From NCBI GenBank assembly GCA_965218695.1, contig OZ244651.1:2336001-2400000 (forward strand): a stretch of 64,000 bases of DNA. Reading direction: 5' to 3'. Source of the stretch: Nitrosopumilus sp. (GTDB taxonomy: Archaea > Thermoproteota > Nitrososphaeria > Nitrososphaerales > Nitrosopumilaceae). How positions within the stretch are numbered: the first letter of the stretch is position 1; every line of letters begins with the position of its first letter. Positions 1 through 9,093 of this stretch are shown one piece after another. A program made the position numbers and the translations under genes. Below the pieces are notes generated by a model. It saw only the letters and a program-made list of their open reading frames with translations, was not told the origin of the DNA and ran no database searches.

Positions 1-1121
1 GGTTTTTTCCATTTGTCAGGTCCAAGCCAGGACTGCATTCCACCGGCATACCAATACACCATGCCCTGCAATAACATCGCGCCGATAATATTACCCAACG
101 TTACTGGAACAAGGTTTTTGAGCCATGCTTCTCCCCATGTGTAGTCTGCACCAGCCCATACTCCGGCGGACAGAGCAAAGTGGTTTACTATACTGTGCTC
201 AAATCCTGTAGCAAAGAATATTGATACAGGAATTCCGATCAGGATGATCTTGGCGATGACTTCTTGGGTTCTAAATGCGCCCCATACTCCCATGCCAATC
301 ATCCAATTGGCAAAGATGCCTCTGTAGAATAATTGGTCCCATTCAAGTACGTTGACTTTGGTATTGCCAATGCCTGCCAGCATATTCATCAGTGCGGAGC
401 CTGAGGCTCCTGCCTGGTCTGCGCCAATAATTATCATCCACGAGATTGTGAATCCGGCTATCCAATGCCCCGAGTGGGTAATTGTCCATTGCCACAACAC
501 TTCTCGCCATTTGGCTTGACCAGTCATCAGTGATATTCCAGAGGTCATGTAATCTCCGGTTACAAGATTGGATCCGTAAATAACTACAAGAGCCAAGGCG
601 GAGAAACCGAACACCCCAAACATCAGGAATTTTCCGAGTCCAGGAGATAGATCTGGCGCGACTGTAGACATTATCATCCATGCGAAAAACGCCGCAAAGG
701 CAAGATAACTCATTGATTGCCAGCCCATGAGAATTCCTTGTGCAGGATTTACCTTGGTCTTGGCAACCCCGATATTACTTAGCGTCTTTATTGTGTCTGG
801 GACGCCAAACAATCCGGCCATGATACGTGGTGGTGGTGGTGGTACTTCTTCAGAAGGTGCTGTGGATGTCGAAACTCCCGGCGAACTAGAGCCGGCAGAA
901 TTTGTTACGGGTGGTGGTGCCGCTGTACTCTGTGGTGGGGGTGCTACCGTACTCGAAGAGACGGGTGCTACCGTACTCGAAGAGATGGGTGCTCCCATAC
1001 TTGAAGAGAGAGGCGTCACCGTGGCATTTTGCAGTTCAGGATTAGGCAAAGAACTATATGTATCTGCGATATCGTCAGCTATGTTCATTCCTTTAACACC
1101 TGCTCTATAGTAAATAAGCAT
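1..1121 (-). CDS. Formate/nitrite transporter (FNT) family channel, candidate cyanate channel; 3' end runs off the window
   Basis: Not in the ORF track because there is no stop in the window. Manual translation gives FNT motifs GSNLVTGD, GIFANWMIGMGVW and FFATGFEHSIVN, then NLVPVTLGNIIG. Start is ATG 1121 or ATG 1088. Long Pro/Ser/Thr-rich N-terminus. Confidence 0.9.
   Translation of the reverse strand, partial: MLIYYRAGVKGMNIADDIADTYSSLPNPELQNATVTPLSSSMGAPISSSTVAPVSSSTVAPPPQSTAAPPPVTNSAGSSSPGVSTSTAPSEEVPPPPPRIMAGLFGVPDTIKTLSNIGVAKTKVNPAQGILMGWQSMSYLAFAAFFAWMIMSTVAPDLSPGLGKFLMFGVFGFSALALVVIYGSNLVTGDYMTSGISLMTGQAKWREVLWQWTITHSGHWIAGFTISWMIIIGADQAGASGSALMNMLAGIGNTKVNVLEWDQLFYRGIFANWMIGMGVWGAFRTQEVIAKIILIGIPVSIFFATGFEHSIVNHFALSAGVWAGADYTWGEAWLKNLVPVTLGNIIGAMLLQGMVYWYAGGMQSWLGPDKWKK
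939..1010. repeat. Three 24-nt tandem units in the FNT N-terminal extension
   Basis: gggtgctaccgtactcgaagagac-like units at 939, 963 and 987, encoding SSSTVAPV-type octapeptides on the - strand. Confidence 0.85.
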
Positions 1122-1549
1122 TGGATTATTGGATTAACTTATAATAGAACTAACGCATCGGACAAAATGAATACATTTTATTCCCATTCATCTATGCCAG
1201 CGACGAAAAATTCATGTTAATGGCCCATGGCTGCTTAATCTGGAAACTCTTGGGTAAATTATGACGTGCGTCTAATTGCTAGGACGAAAATTCCAAGATA
1301 TTTGATGCCATGGACAAACGAGGTGCTGTGCATGACACACGCTGGATGTGTGCCGGATGTAGCTTGATGTTGTCCTGGACGGTTTGGTACAGGAAATTTC
1401 AACGGCCAGGTTTGATTTTACATAGTGTGTGTCTAGCGAACGCCTAGCGAATCATGCGGGTGTTCCCCAAGGCAGATAACGGCAATCAGACGGACGGACG
1501 GACTGGAGGAGGCATGATGCCCGGAAAGCGTATGCCGTTCTTAGGACGC

Positions 1550-2536
1550 TCAGGTCCGGATTATGCTTTTAAAAAACATCGAGCCGCAGCAGCGATAAAA
1601 GATCAGCGCAGAAAGGACTGAAACCGTGATAATGGCAAAAGAACCCATTGGAAACTCAGGGATCACCTCTGTACCCACAATCTCCACGAGTTTCTCATCT
1701 GCTAGGTCGTTGACTATCAGGCGGGTGTTTGTCTGATTAGATACCACCAGATAGAACGGTTTTTGCTTGCCGTCTGCAAAAACAGTGTACGAGCCGCTCA
1801 GAAGTTCGTTAGGAATGGTCACGTGTATGAATGACGAGCTTGCGCCCAACCGTGGAAAATTCGAAGAATCCAGCAATATCACAATTTTTTTTTCTTCAAG
1901 GACAAAATCCGCCTCCGTGTTGTCTGAGTCATAAAAGGTTTCAATCAAAAACACACGATCGTCTACTGTGATTTGATGCTCATTATGATAAAATACGTCC
2001 AGCGCTCCCCAGCAGAACGGGTCAAGGGTGCATTCTGCCACTACCTGGCCCATGTCGCCGTTGCTTCGTCCCTCGGTGGCTGTCCTAAACGTCCAGTCCC
2101 CGAATGTCCCAGAATCCGTTCCGTCAGGAAACCGCTGCCAAGTTTTGTCATTTGCAAGCCCGTCACCTACTCCCTCGATGACATCCAAACTCTGCACTCC
2201 ATCAAATAATGTAATGGTGATGTTCTGTATGTTGCTAGGATACTGTATGGAATCTTCTTCCATGAACACCACGTGATGATCCCCCGAACCGAGTGCATCG
2301 CCATCTAAAAAGGGGATCAGGATAGTCTGGACAGCGTCACCATCACGGATTTGCAGCTCAAGATTTTCCAAGGATGCCGGAAGGTCGGTCGGATTATACA
2401 GCTCAACCCATTGAGGCTCCCCCACAACCGGTTCAAACTCAATTTCGTTGACAATTATATCTCCGAGAGCCTCGGCTGTTGCCAGTGGCATTAGGAACAA
2501 GACTGATGCCAGTAGCAGAAATTGATTAGCAGCCAA
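1550..2536 (-). CDS. Secreted lamin-tail-domain protein with PEF(G)-CTERM-like sorting signal
   Basis: Signal peptide; LTD motifs IIVNEI..P...QWVELYN and TWQRFPDG; C-terminal VIPEFP followed by a hydrophobic helix and basic residues. Confidence 0.8.
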   Translation of the reverse strand: MAANQFLLLASVLFLMPLATAEALGDIIVNEIEFEPVVGEPQWVELYNPTDLPASLENLELQIRDGDAVQTILIPFLDGDALGSGDHHVVFMEEDSIQYPSNIQNITITLFDGVQSLDVIEGVGDGLANDKTWQRFPDGTDSGTFGDWTFRTATEGRSNGDMGQVVAECTLDPFCWGALDVFYHNEHQITVDDRVFLIETFYDSDNTEADFVLEEKKIVILLDSSNFPRLGASSSFIHVTIPNELLSGSYTVFADGKQKPFYLVVSNQTNTRLIVNDLADEKLVEIVGTEVIPEFPMGSFAIITVSVLSALIFYRCCGSMFFKSIIRT

Positions 2537-2956
2537 CTGTTCTTGAATGCATCATGCTGGTTAATTGCTTTTTCGGAGGCAATGCCAGGAAAGCATGAGT
2601 CATGCTTTGAGATTACCCGACGTCGGGTAATTTTCTCCAGCCGGAATGTCATGCCCAGCCGTCTCTGCAGAATGCTCAAACCAATCATGATCAAAGCCAT
2701 GCGCGTGGTCACCTGCAAGCCAGCACCCCAGACTCGGCGTCATTATCCGGGTTCACAGGCGCAATCCGGTCATTTATGCGGTTTCTGATACCAAGCAGCC
2801 GGATGTCCCGAAACGCTGTCAGGCATACGGAATTACTGAATCAGCAGGGGCTCCAGGGTTATGCGGACAGCAGTATAACAGGCGACTGCAAAAAACAATA
2901 TTTAAGGATTCATGGTTATTGAACAGATATGAAAGCTGTCTGTTATGATCCGTATA

Positions 2957-3514
2957 ATGACTGACTTCAAAGTATCAGATGAAACAATAACGGCCGCAAA
3001 GCTGGCCATGAGAGAGAAAGGATTTTCATACACGGGAACGGCTCCAGGGACTACGTCGCTGTCGGCGCTGATAAGCAAAAATCCGGTATTCGTTGCCGGG
3101 TTTATCAACGGGACACACTACCCAAGTGCAGCCGATAGGCAAACACTTTGTGATGCCCTTGGCCTGTCGGCAGAGCAAAAAGCCGAGTATGACCGTCCAC
3201 CAGTAAGAAAATTCACGACAATGCCAAATGATCCCTTCAACTATAGACTGGTAGAGGTGCTTGCAAACTATGCAGACCCTGTGAGGGAGATTATTGCTGA
3301 ACTCTTCGCAACGTTCTCACTGCCAGGCGATGCGCCAGGACGCGGAACGGACGGAATCATGAGTGCGATAGACTTTAGCTACCACATCATGAGGCGCTCA
3401 GAAGGCAACACACTACCGGAAATTACTCTCCAAGAGGCAACTCCACAGATCAATGAAAGAGTCACAATCATCATGGATGGTAAGTGGCTTAACTTCAAGG
3501 CATTCGTAGAGTAG
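2957..3514 (+). CDS. cynS: Cyanase (cyanate lyase), divergent
   Basis: DPFNYRLVEV, DGIMSAIDF and ERVTIIMDGKWL match the CynS catalytic domain with Arg/Glu/Ser intact. HTH-like N-terminus. Start ATG 2957 or 2945. Confidence 0.9.
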   Translation: MTDFKVSDETITAAKLAMREKGFSYTGTAPGTTSLSALISKNPVFVAGFINGTHYPSAADRQTLCDALGLSAEQKAEYDRPPVRKFTTMPNDPFNYRLVEVLANYADPVREIIAELFATFSLPGDAPGRGTDGIMSAIDFSYHIMRRSEGNTLPEITLQEATPQINERVTIIMDGKWLNFKAFVE

Positions 3515-3521
3515 CATCCAC

Positions 3522-3538
3522 TTTTTTTTTATTTTTGT
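3522..3538 (+). terminator. Archaeal oligo-T terminator after cynS
   Basis: T9-A-T5 run starting 8 nt after the stop codon. Confidence 0.6.
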
Positions 3539-3617
3539 ATCCAGTCAAGAGACTCGCGTGATCTTATCCAGAATGCAGAAAATCAGGTCTTCTGGCACGC
3601 ATGGCCGGCTTTAAGAA

Positions 3618-5411
3618 TCAATCCTTCTCGTCCTCTAGAGCCGCGGCCCCCCGATCATACGCATTCATGATATTTGACACGGACACTGTTCCCACTACAA
3701 TATTCTTCTTTCCTGTAACAGGCAATTCCGTTGTTTCCAAGTCCGATATTTTCTTAATTGCATCGTACAACGTGGCCTCGACCCCGACTGTCGGCATGGC
3801 TTCGGTTGCAGGGATCACCTCTGAGAGGCTTGCATCGCGTCTGTCCAGTTTCGTCAGGCTGTCCGAGTCCATAAAACCGACGTATCTGCTATCAGCACCG
3901 AGTATTACGATGCCTGCAGATTTGGAGTTCTTTAGAATATCAATCGCCTCATCTACAGTCCCGTCATGACGTATCTGGCTGAAATCGTGATTTATTGCAT
4001 CCATGACTGAGAGTTTCTTTAGCAGGGCACGGTATTCATTCATATGTGCCGGAGATTCTGCTCTGTCCCTTACCTGGCTTGCGTATAGGGTGGTCTTCAG
4101 ACCGATCAGGCCGTAAGAGATTACAGAGGCAAGAATCATGGCCGGCAGCAGCACATAGCCTCCCGTCATTTCGCTGCCCATTATTATAGTCGAGATCGGA
4201 GCCTTGGAGACGGCCCCAAAGAATGCAACCATACCGACAATGGCTATCGCCGAAACTTGGAGGTCTGTAAACAGGGAAAGCGAGTGAAATATCTCTCCCA
4301 CTACGGCACCCACAAACCCCCCTATCACCAGGCTAGGTCCAAAGACACCCGCACTCCCGCCGGTTCCTATCGTCAAGGAGGTGGCCAGAATCTTAAGAAA
4401 CAAGATGGCCAGCAGAATCCAGATTGGGAAGAGCCTTACGTCATCAAACACTCCTACCTGCAGCCACCCGTATCCTCCACCCAGAATCTGGGGAAGAAAC
4501 ATGCCAATAATTCCGACCAGCACCCCCCCTATGGCGGGTTTAACGAACTTTGGAATGCTCCATTGTTGGAAGATGTGCTGAATTTTATAAAAAATGAACA
4601 CGTACATCCTGCCTATTCCCGCACAGCAGACTCCAAGGATAGCATACAGTATGAAATGCACGGGCTGGTTAACGTCGGGGGCGGATTCAGATACTTCAAA
4701 AATTGGGGACCATCCAAAGATGGAGCCAAATATTAGAAACCCGGTTACAGATGCAATCAGCGCCGGAAGCAGGGCCTTGACTTCAAAGTCCCGGCGGTAA
4801 AAAATCTCCGTGCTCAAGATGGCCGCACCCAGCGGAGCCTTGAACATGCTTCCGACTCCAGCTCCAAGCCCTGCGGCCACTGCAATTCTTTGATCATCGG
4901 TGCGCAGTTTGAGCAGCCTGCCAAGGATTGAGCCAAAGCCAGCTCCAATTTGGGCGGCCGGCCCCTCGCGCCCCCCGCTCCCGCCGGTGCCTATGGTTAT
5001 CGAGGCAGTAATGGTCTTTAGCAACGGGATTCTGGAACGGATCGTCCCCTTTTTGTTGTGGAAGGCATCTATTACAGCCTCAGTCCCGTGTCCGGCAGAC
5101 TCCGGGGCAAACCTGCTTGTGAGCAGTCCCACTATAAGACCGCCGCCCCCGGTGATCAGGGGAATCATCCACGGCCTCTCAGCGACGGCCGTGTATGATG
5201 TGCTAATCACCTCAAAATTTGGATGTACATAGCCTGCTCCAAATCCCAGAAAAAACAATGTCGAGACTTGAAGCATGAGAAAAAACGCCACGGAGCCAAA
5301 GCCTGCAACAACTCCTATCAGCGTCCCTATGACTATCCATTTTTGCAGATAGGAAAATCCAAAAAAATCCAGACTTTTTGCATGATGCAGACTTGGAAAA
5401 AAATCTTTCAT
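3618..5411 (-). CDS. CLC-family chloride channel/transporter with C-terminal CBS domains
   Basis: Signatures GHGTE, GREGP and GVFGP; many TM helices; CBS pair at the C-terminus. Confidence 0.93.
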   Translation of the reverse strand: MKDFFPSLHHAKSLDFFGFSYLQKWIVIGTLIGVVAGFGSVAFFLMLQVSTLFFLGFGAGYVHPNFEVISTSYTAVAERPWMIPLITGGGGLIVGLLTSRFAPESAGHGTEAVIDAFHNKKGTIRSRIPLLKTITASITIGTGGSGGREGPAAQIGAGFGSILGRLLKLRTDDQRIAVAAGLGAGVGSMFKAPLGAAILSTEIFYRRDFEVKALLPALIASVTGFLIFGSIFGWSPIFEVSESAPDVNQPVHFILYAILGVCCAGIGRMYVFIFYKIQHIFQQWSIPKFVKPAIGGVLVGIIGMFLPQILGGGYGWLQVGVFDDVRLFPIWILLAILFLKILATSLTIGTGGSAGVFGPSLVIGGFVGAVVGEIFHSLSLFTDLQVSAIAIVGMVAFFGAVSKAPISTIIMGSEMTGGYVLLPAMILASVISYGLIGLKTTLYASQVRDRAESPAHMNEYRALLKKLSVMDAINHDFSQIRHDGTVDEAIDILKNSKSAGIVILGADSRYVGFMDSDSLTKLDRRDASLSEVIPATEAMPTVGVEATLYDAIKKISDLETTELPVTGKKNIVVGTVSVSNIMNAYDRGAAALEDEKD

Positions 5412-5704
5412 GGCTAACGATACATGAGAACCTTTTTCCTTAAAAATGGTTAGTGCAGAAACGCAGTTATCTACATTTAAGATTTATCTACACGTGCGAT
5501 TTTGAGTGGGCCTTGCGCAGTCCGAAGAAAGGTTCCGGCCAGGTTGCGTATCCATAAAGAACCAAAAGGCACAGTTTCGGCCGAGCCCTCTCCATGCAGT
5601 ATCATTCGGATGCGGTGCGTGGTTGTCACCGCGACAGTCCTTCAGGAAGGGGTTGTGACGCCACAAGACGCTTGGGCTTGCCACTTACGTACCGGTTACC
5701 AAAA

Positions 5705-6586
5705 TTACATCCTTCTTTTTAGTTCATTGGATGATTTAAGACACTCGTCAATCATGGAATGAATTTGAATCCTGTACGTCATCAGGGCACTTACAAGATG
5801 GACTCGCTCCTTATTGCTCAAGGTGGTGTTTGCCTCGTCAATCAGGCCATCTATATTTGCCAGTGACATTCTAAAAACAATCAGGGATTTTTTGAACAGT
5901 TTTATCTTTTTTGCGATAGCCTTGTTTGCAGGAGATGGCACATAATCAACCGGTTCCTGTACCTGTCGGTATTTCTTAGAGATGGCCATGTCCCTGACGT
6001 CTCGTACAGTCAGGCCCTCGTTAATGATCGCATCCTTCATAATCTTCTGATCCTCCTCATTCAGATTGACTAGTTCCATCGCATGGGAGAGGCCCAGGTT
6101 CTTTTGCGAGATCTCGTCTATGATCTCTTTGGGCAGCCGGAGCATCTGAATTCTGCCTGAGACGTACTGTTCGCTTTTTGAGATGACCGTGGCTAAGTGG
6201 CTGACTCCGCCCCAGCCGTAATCCAGGATGTATTTTTTAAACGATTCTGCCTCTTCGACGGGATCTAGCCTCTCCCTTTGTATGTTCTCCACCAGCTGAA
6301 TCTCAAATGCGACCTTGTCAGACAGTATTCGTATTATGCATGGGATCTTTTTCCATCGAAGAATCTTGCATGCCCGCAATCTTCTGTGCCCGGCCACAAC
6401 TTCAAAACCGGAATTTACCGGCCTGACTGTTATCGGCTGAATAAGCCCGTATTCCTTGACGCTCAGGACAAGTTCCCGCATCGACTGGTTCTGTTGTGAA
6501 GACAAACCCTCAGTACGGACCGGTAGCGGTGTACAGCATATGCTTCGTACATCAATCTGCTCAGCTATCCCCTCCTCCGTAATCAT
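5705..6586 (-). CDS. ParB/RepB/Spo0J-like protein
   Basis: GLIQPITVR, VVAGHRRLRA, ENIQRERLDPVEEA and a following HTH region. Confidence 0.9.
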   Translation of the reverse strand: MITEEGIAEQIDVRSICCTPLPVRTEGLSSQQNQSMRELVLSVKEYGLIQPITVRPVNSGFEVVAGHRRLRACKILRWKKIPCIIRILSDKVAFEIQLVENIQRERLDPVEEAESFKKYILDYGWGGVSHLATVISKSEQYVSGRIQMLRLPKEIIDEISQKNLGLSHAMELVNLNEEDQKIMKDAIINEGLTVRDVRDMAISKKYRQVQEPVDYVPSPANKAIAKKIKLFKKSLIVFRMSLANIDGLIDEANTTLSNKERVHLVSALMTYRIQIHSMIDECLKSSNELKRRM

Positions 6587-6610
6587 AGCACATACACTGA
6601 TTTCTATTAT

Positions 6611-6976
6611 TTAACCGTGATCGGGAAGGCATAAATCCGAGAAGTAGTCCAGAACGCTCAGGACATCCTTCCAGGCTGCCTTTTCATCCATTCCTATCAT
6701 GATGCTGGTTTCACCGGCATTGATGAGGATGGTTTTCATGTAGTCTTGCTCCATCAGAATGAACTTTATGTTCTCAAACGTTAGCATGCTGATGGACGAG
6801 GACAGCCGTCTGAACTGCTCCCGAGTTTCGGCACTGGCAACCCCTACGGATTTGTGCGCATTATGATAGACCAGATCCCCGAACAGGTTGATCACTGCAA
6901 CGGTGCGTATGTGGCCATTCAGAGAGACAGCCTCATTGAACATCTGCGAATAAAAAACTGTCCTCTGAGACGGCAT
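6611..6976 (-). CDS. Hypothetical protein, roadblock/LC7-like (thaumarchaeal type)
   Basis: 121 aa with IRTVAVINLFGDLV pattern; co-oriented 24 bp upstream of the ParB-like gene. Confidence 0.55.
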   Translation of the reverse strand: MPSQRTVFYSQMFNEAVSLNGHIRTVAVINLFGDLVYHNAHKSVGVASAETREQFRRLSSSISMLTFENIKFILMEQDYMKTILINAGETSIMIGMDEKAAWKDVLSVLDYFSDLCLPDHG

Positions 6977-7349
6977 TGTTATTGTAACGTCGTACTACCA
7001 TATATAGCATTTTCCGAATTAGTATGATATCTAGTAATATTTGAATTAATTTGTTTCTGGATTGCCATTTAAGAAACATTTATTTCTTTTAGGTGCACTT
7101 TTTAAGGGAATTCCTTCGTGTATAGAGATGTTTTTTGTGCATCTATTACGGATTCAAAGTTTTCCTGTCGTGTGATTTGTGGCATGAACAGAATCAGGCC
7201 CATTGACCAGGGTCAGGTCAAATGCCACATACTTGTCTATGGCGTCTCCAGACAGAGTTCGGAAAGGGTCGCTCTCCATGTCTGCCACCCTTGTCGGGAA
7301 AAATCTTGACGCTGAACCAGGCATGCGGCGTATTCTCATGCAGACGCCT

Positions 7350-8543
7350 CTACAGCGCCTGGAACTCTTCGCTCCACTTGTGGTATGCCCGAATCATCTC
7401 TACTGATACGCTGGGTTTTCTTCTTCCCATTAGCTCCCTAAAGTCGGCGGTGGTCAGGGCCCTAGGCTGAGCCGGTTCCTCCCCGTCTACGGGTTCGTGA
7501 TAGCCAGGGGCGTTGAATATCTCATGCACCGTCTTTATCTGAGCAGACTGGCAGATATCCTTGATGTCGCTTGCGCTGTATCCGTCAAAGAGTTTTGAGA
7601 GATCGCCAGGACGCACATCTATGTTCTTTTTTAATGGGGCAGTGTACTGCTCGAAGAGCTTCTTTCTTGCCTCGTGTGTGGGAAGTGATACGTAGATCCT
7701 CTTTTGGAATCTTCTCAGAAACGGCCAGTCAAGGCTCCATGGCTTGTTTGTGGCACCAATCACATACAGCATCAGGTTCTTTCCCTTCCCGTTGACGCCG
7801 TCCATCTCGGTCAGGAACTGGTTCTTGGTTCTTACCTCCCCGCCAACCTCGCTGTTTCTTGACCCTAGCAGAGAGTCCACCTCGTCTACAAACAAGATGA
7901 CAGGCTTGCCCTTCTTTTCGGCATAGTGCCTTGCCATGTTAAAGAGTTTTGAGACGTTCTTTTCTGCTTCGCCCAGCCACTTGCTCATCATAGAGGAGGC
8001 ATCCACGTTGATAAAGTAGCCGTCCATCTCGTTTGCAGTAGCAGCTGCCAGCATGGTCTTTCCCGTCCCCGGAGGTCCGTAAAGCAGCATGCCCTTGGGC
8101 CATCCAAGAGGGAACAGATCGGGCCTCTTGGTGGGGTATACGATGGACTCGCGCAGTGCGCTCTTTGCATCCTCCAGCCCTATCACCTGTTTCCAGGATA
8201 CGTCAGGCTTCTCTTTCATCACGAGATTCTCAAAGTCGTTTTCAGTCTCCTGCCTCTGCACGGACTTTTTCTGCTCCTCGGCAGATGCCTTGGGATCCAC
8301 TGCAGGCTCCACCCCGCGTGCCTGCTGCAGTACGGTAATTCGGTGATGGTATGACTGGCACCTCTCCTTGTAGATCTGGTTCAGCTTGCTGGTGGGATAC
8401 AGGTGCAGCAGCTTTACCAGCGCGTCTATTGCGTGCTGGTAGTGGGTGATTGCCATGCCACGGGCCCCCTGGGAGTCAAACTTGATCGCCTCAGAGGCAT
8501 ACTTGCTTGCCGTATTCTCCAGTTCTTGCGGTGCCATGCTCAT
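7350..8543 (-). CDS. cdvC: Vps4/CdvC AAA+ ATPase with N-terminal MIT domain
   Basis: MIT helices; Walker A GPPGTGKT, Walker B LFVDEVD, IGATNKPW and RRFQKRIY. Confidence 0.95.
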   Translation of the reverse strand: MSMAPQELENTASKYASEAIKFDSQGARGMAITHYQHAIDALVKLLHLYPTSKLNQIYKERCQSYHHRITVLQQARGVEPAVDPKASAEEQKKSVQRQETENDFENLVMKEKPDVSWKQVIGLEDAKSALRESIVYPTKRPDLFPLGWPKGMLLYGPPGTGKTMLAAATANEMDGYFINVDASSMMSKWLGEAEKNVSKLFNMARHYAEKKGKPVILFVDEVDSLLGSRNSEVGGEVRTKNQFLTEMDGVNGKGKNLMLYVIGATNKPWSLDWPFLRRFQKRIYVSLPTHEARKKLFEQYTAPLKKNIDVRPGDLSKLFDGYSASDIKDICQSAQIKTVHEIFNAPGYHEPVDGEEPAQPRALTTADFRELMGRRKPSVSVEMIRAYHKWSEEFQAL

Positions 8544-8616
8544 CTCTTTTATCTACCGATCATTCTTGGAAAATTTGGTTGGTATTTTAATGTGTTAATC
8601 TATGCAACAAAGTTGG

Positions 8617-9093
8617 TTAAATTAATTCCACTTGTTTTGCAGGCTCGGAGACACGATCAGGTTCGGCAGCCGATGTCAGGCTGGTCTCCTCAACGGTATA
8701 GTCAGGACCGTAGCCGTACTTGGGATCAAAATCAGAACCGCCTGAGATTCTGGCACGCATGTCAGTTATCCTGTCAACCGAGTCGTCTGCAGACAGCATC
8801 AGTTCTGAGATCTCATCGTCGATCTGCTCAAGGGAGTCGGCCGTCTTGGCAACGATTGATGCAAACTCCTTGAATACAGAGTACGCATCCTTCTTGTTGG
8901 CGTACTTGCAGAGCAAAAAGTCTGCAATGGCTGCAAGCTTGTTCAGGTCCTGCAGCTCCTCTGTTGAGAGTTTTACGATGGCATCATCCCGGGGGGAGTC
9001 AAGCGCGGACAGCCTTTTGTGGATTCCAGATGAGATGGATCTCACGCGTCGGATCTCCCCGTCATGGCCCCGCAGAGGGTTCAGTATAGTCAA
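8617..9093 (-). CDS. Helical/coiled-coil hypothetical protein between ESCRT-III-like gene and cdvC
   Basis: 158-aa ORF; start overlaps the upstream stop by 4 nt. Confidence 0.7.
   Translation of the reverse strand: MTILNPLRGHDGEIRRVRSISSGIHKRLSALDSPRDDAIVKLSTEELQDLNKLAAIADFLLCKYANKKDAYSVFKEFASIVAKTADSLEQIDDEISELMLSADDSVDRITDMRARISGGSDFDPKYGYGPDYTVEETSLTSAAEPDRVSEPAKQVELI

Noticed and set aside
343-1220. Short ORFs 343-681, 727-1110 and 1029-1220
   Set aside because: They are alternative-frame or antisense shadows of the FNT gene.
5412-5700. Fluoride riboswitch or fluoride-specific CLC
   Set aside because: No crcB-motif consensus was seen, and the protein lacks the GNNLI/GREGT signatures of CLC-F.
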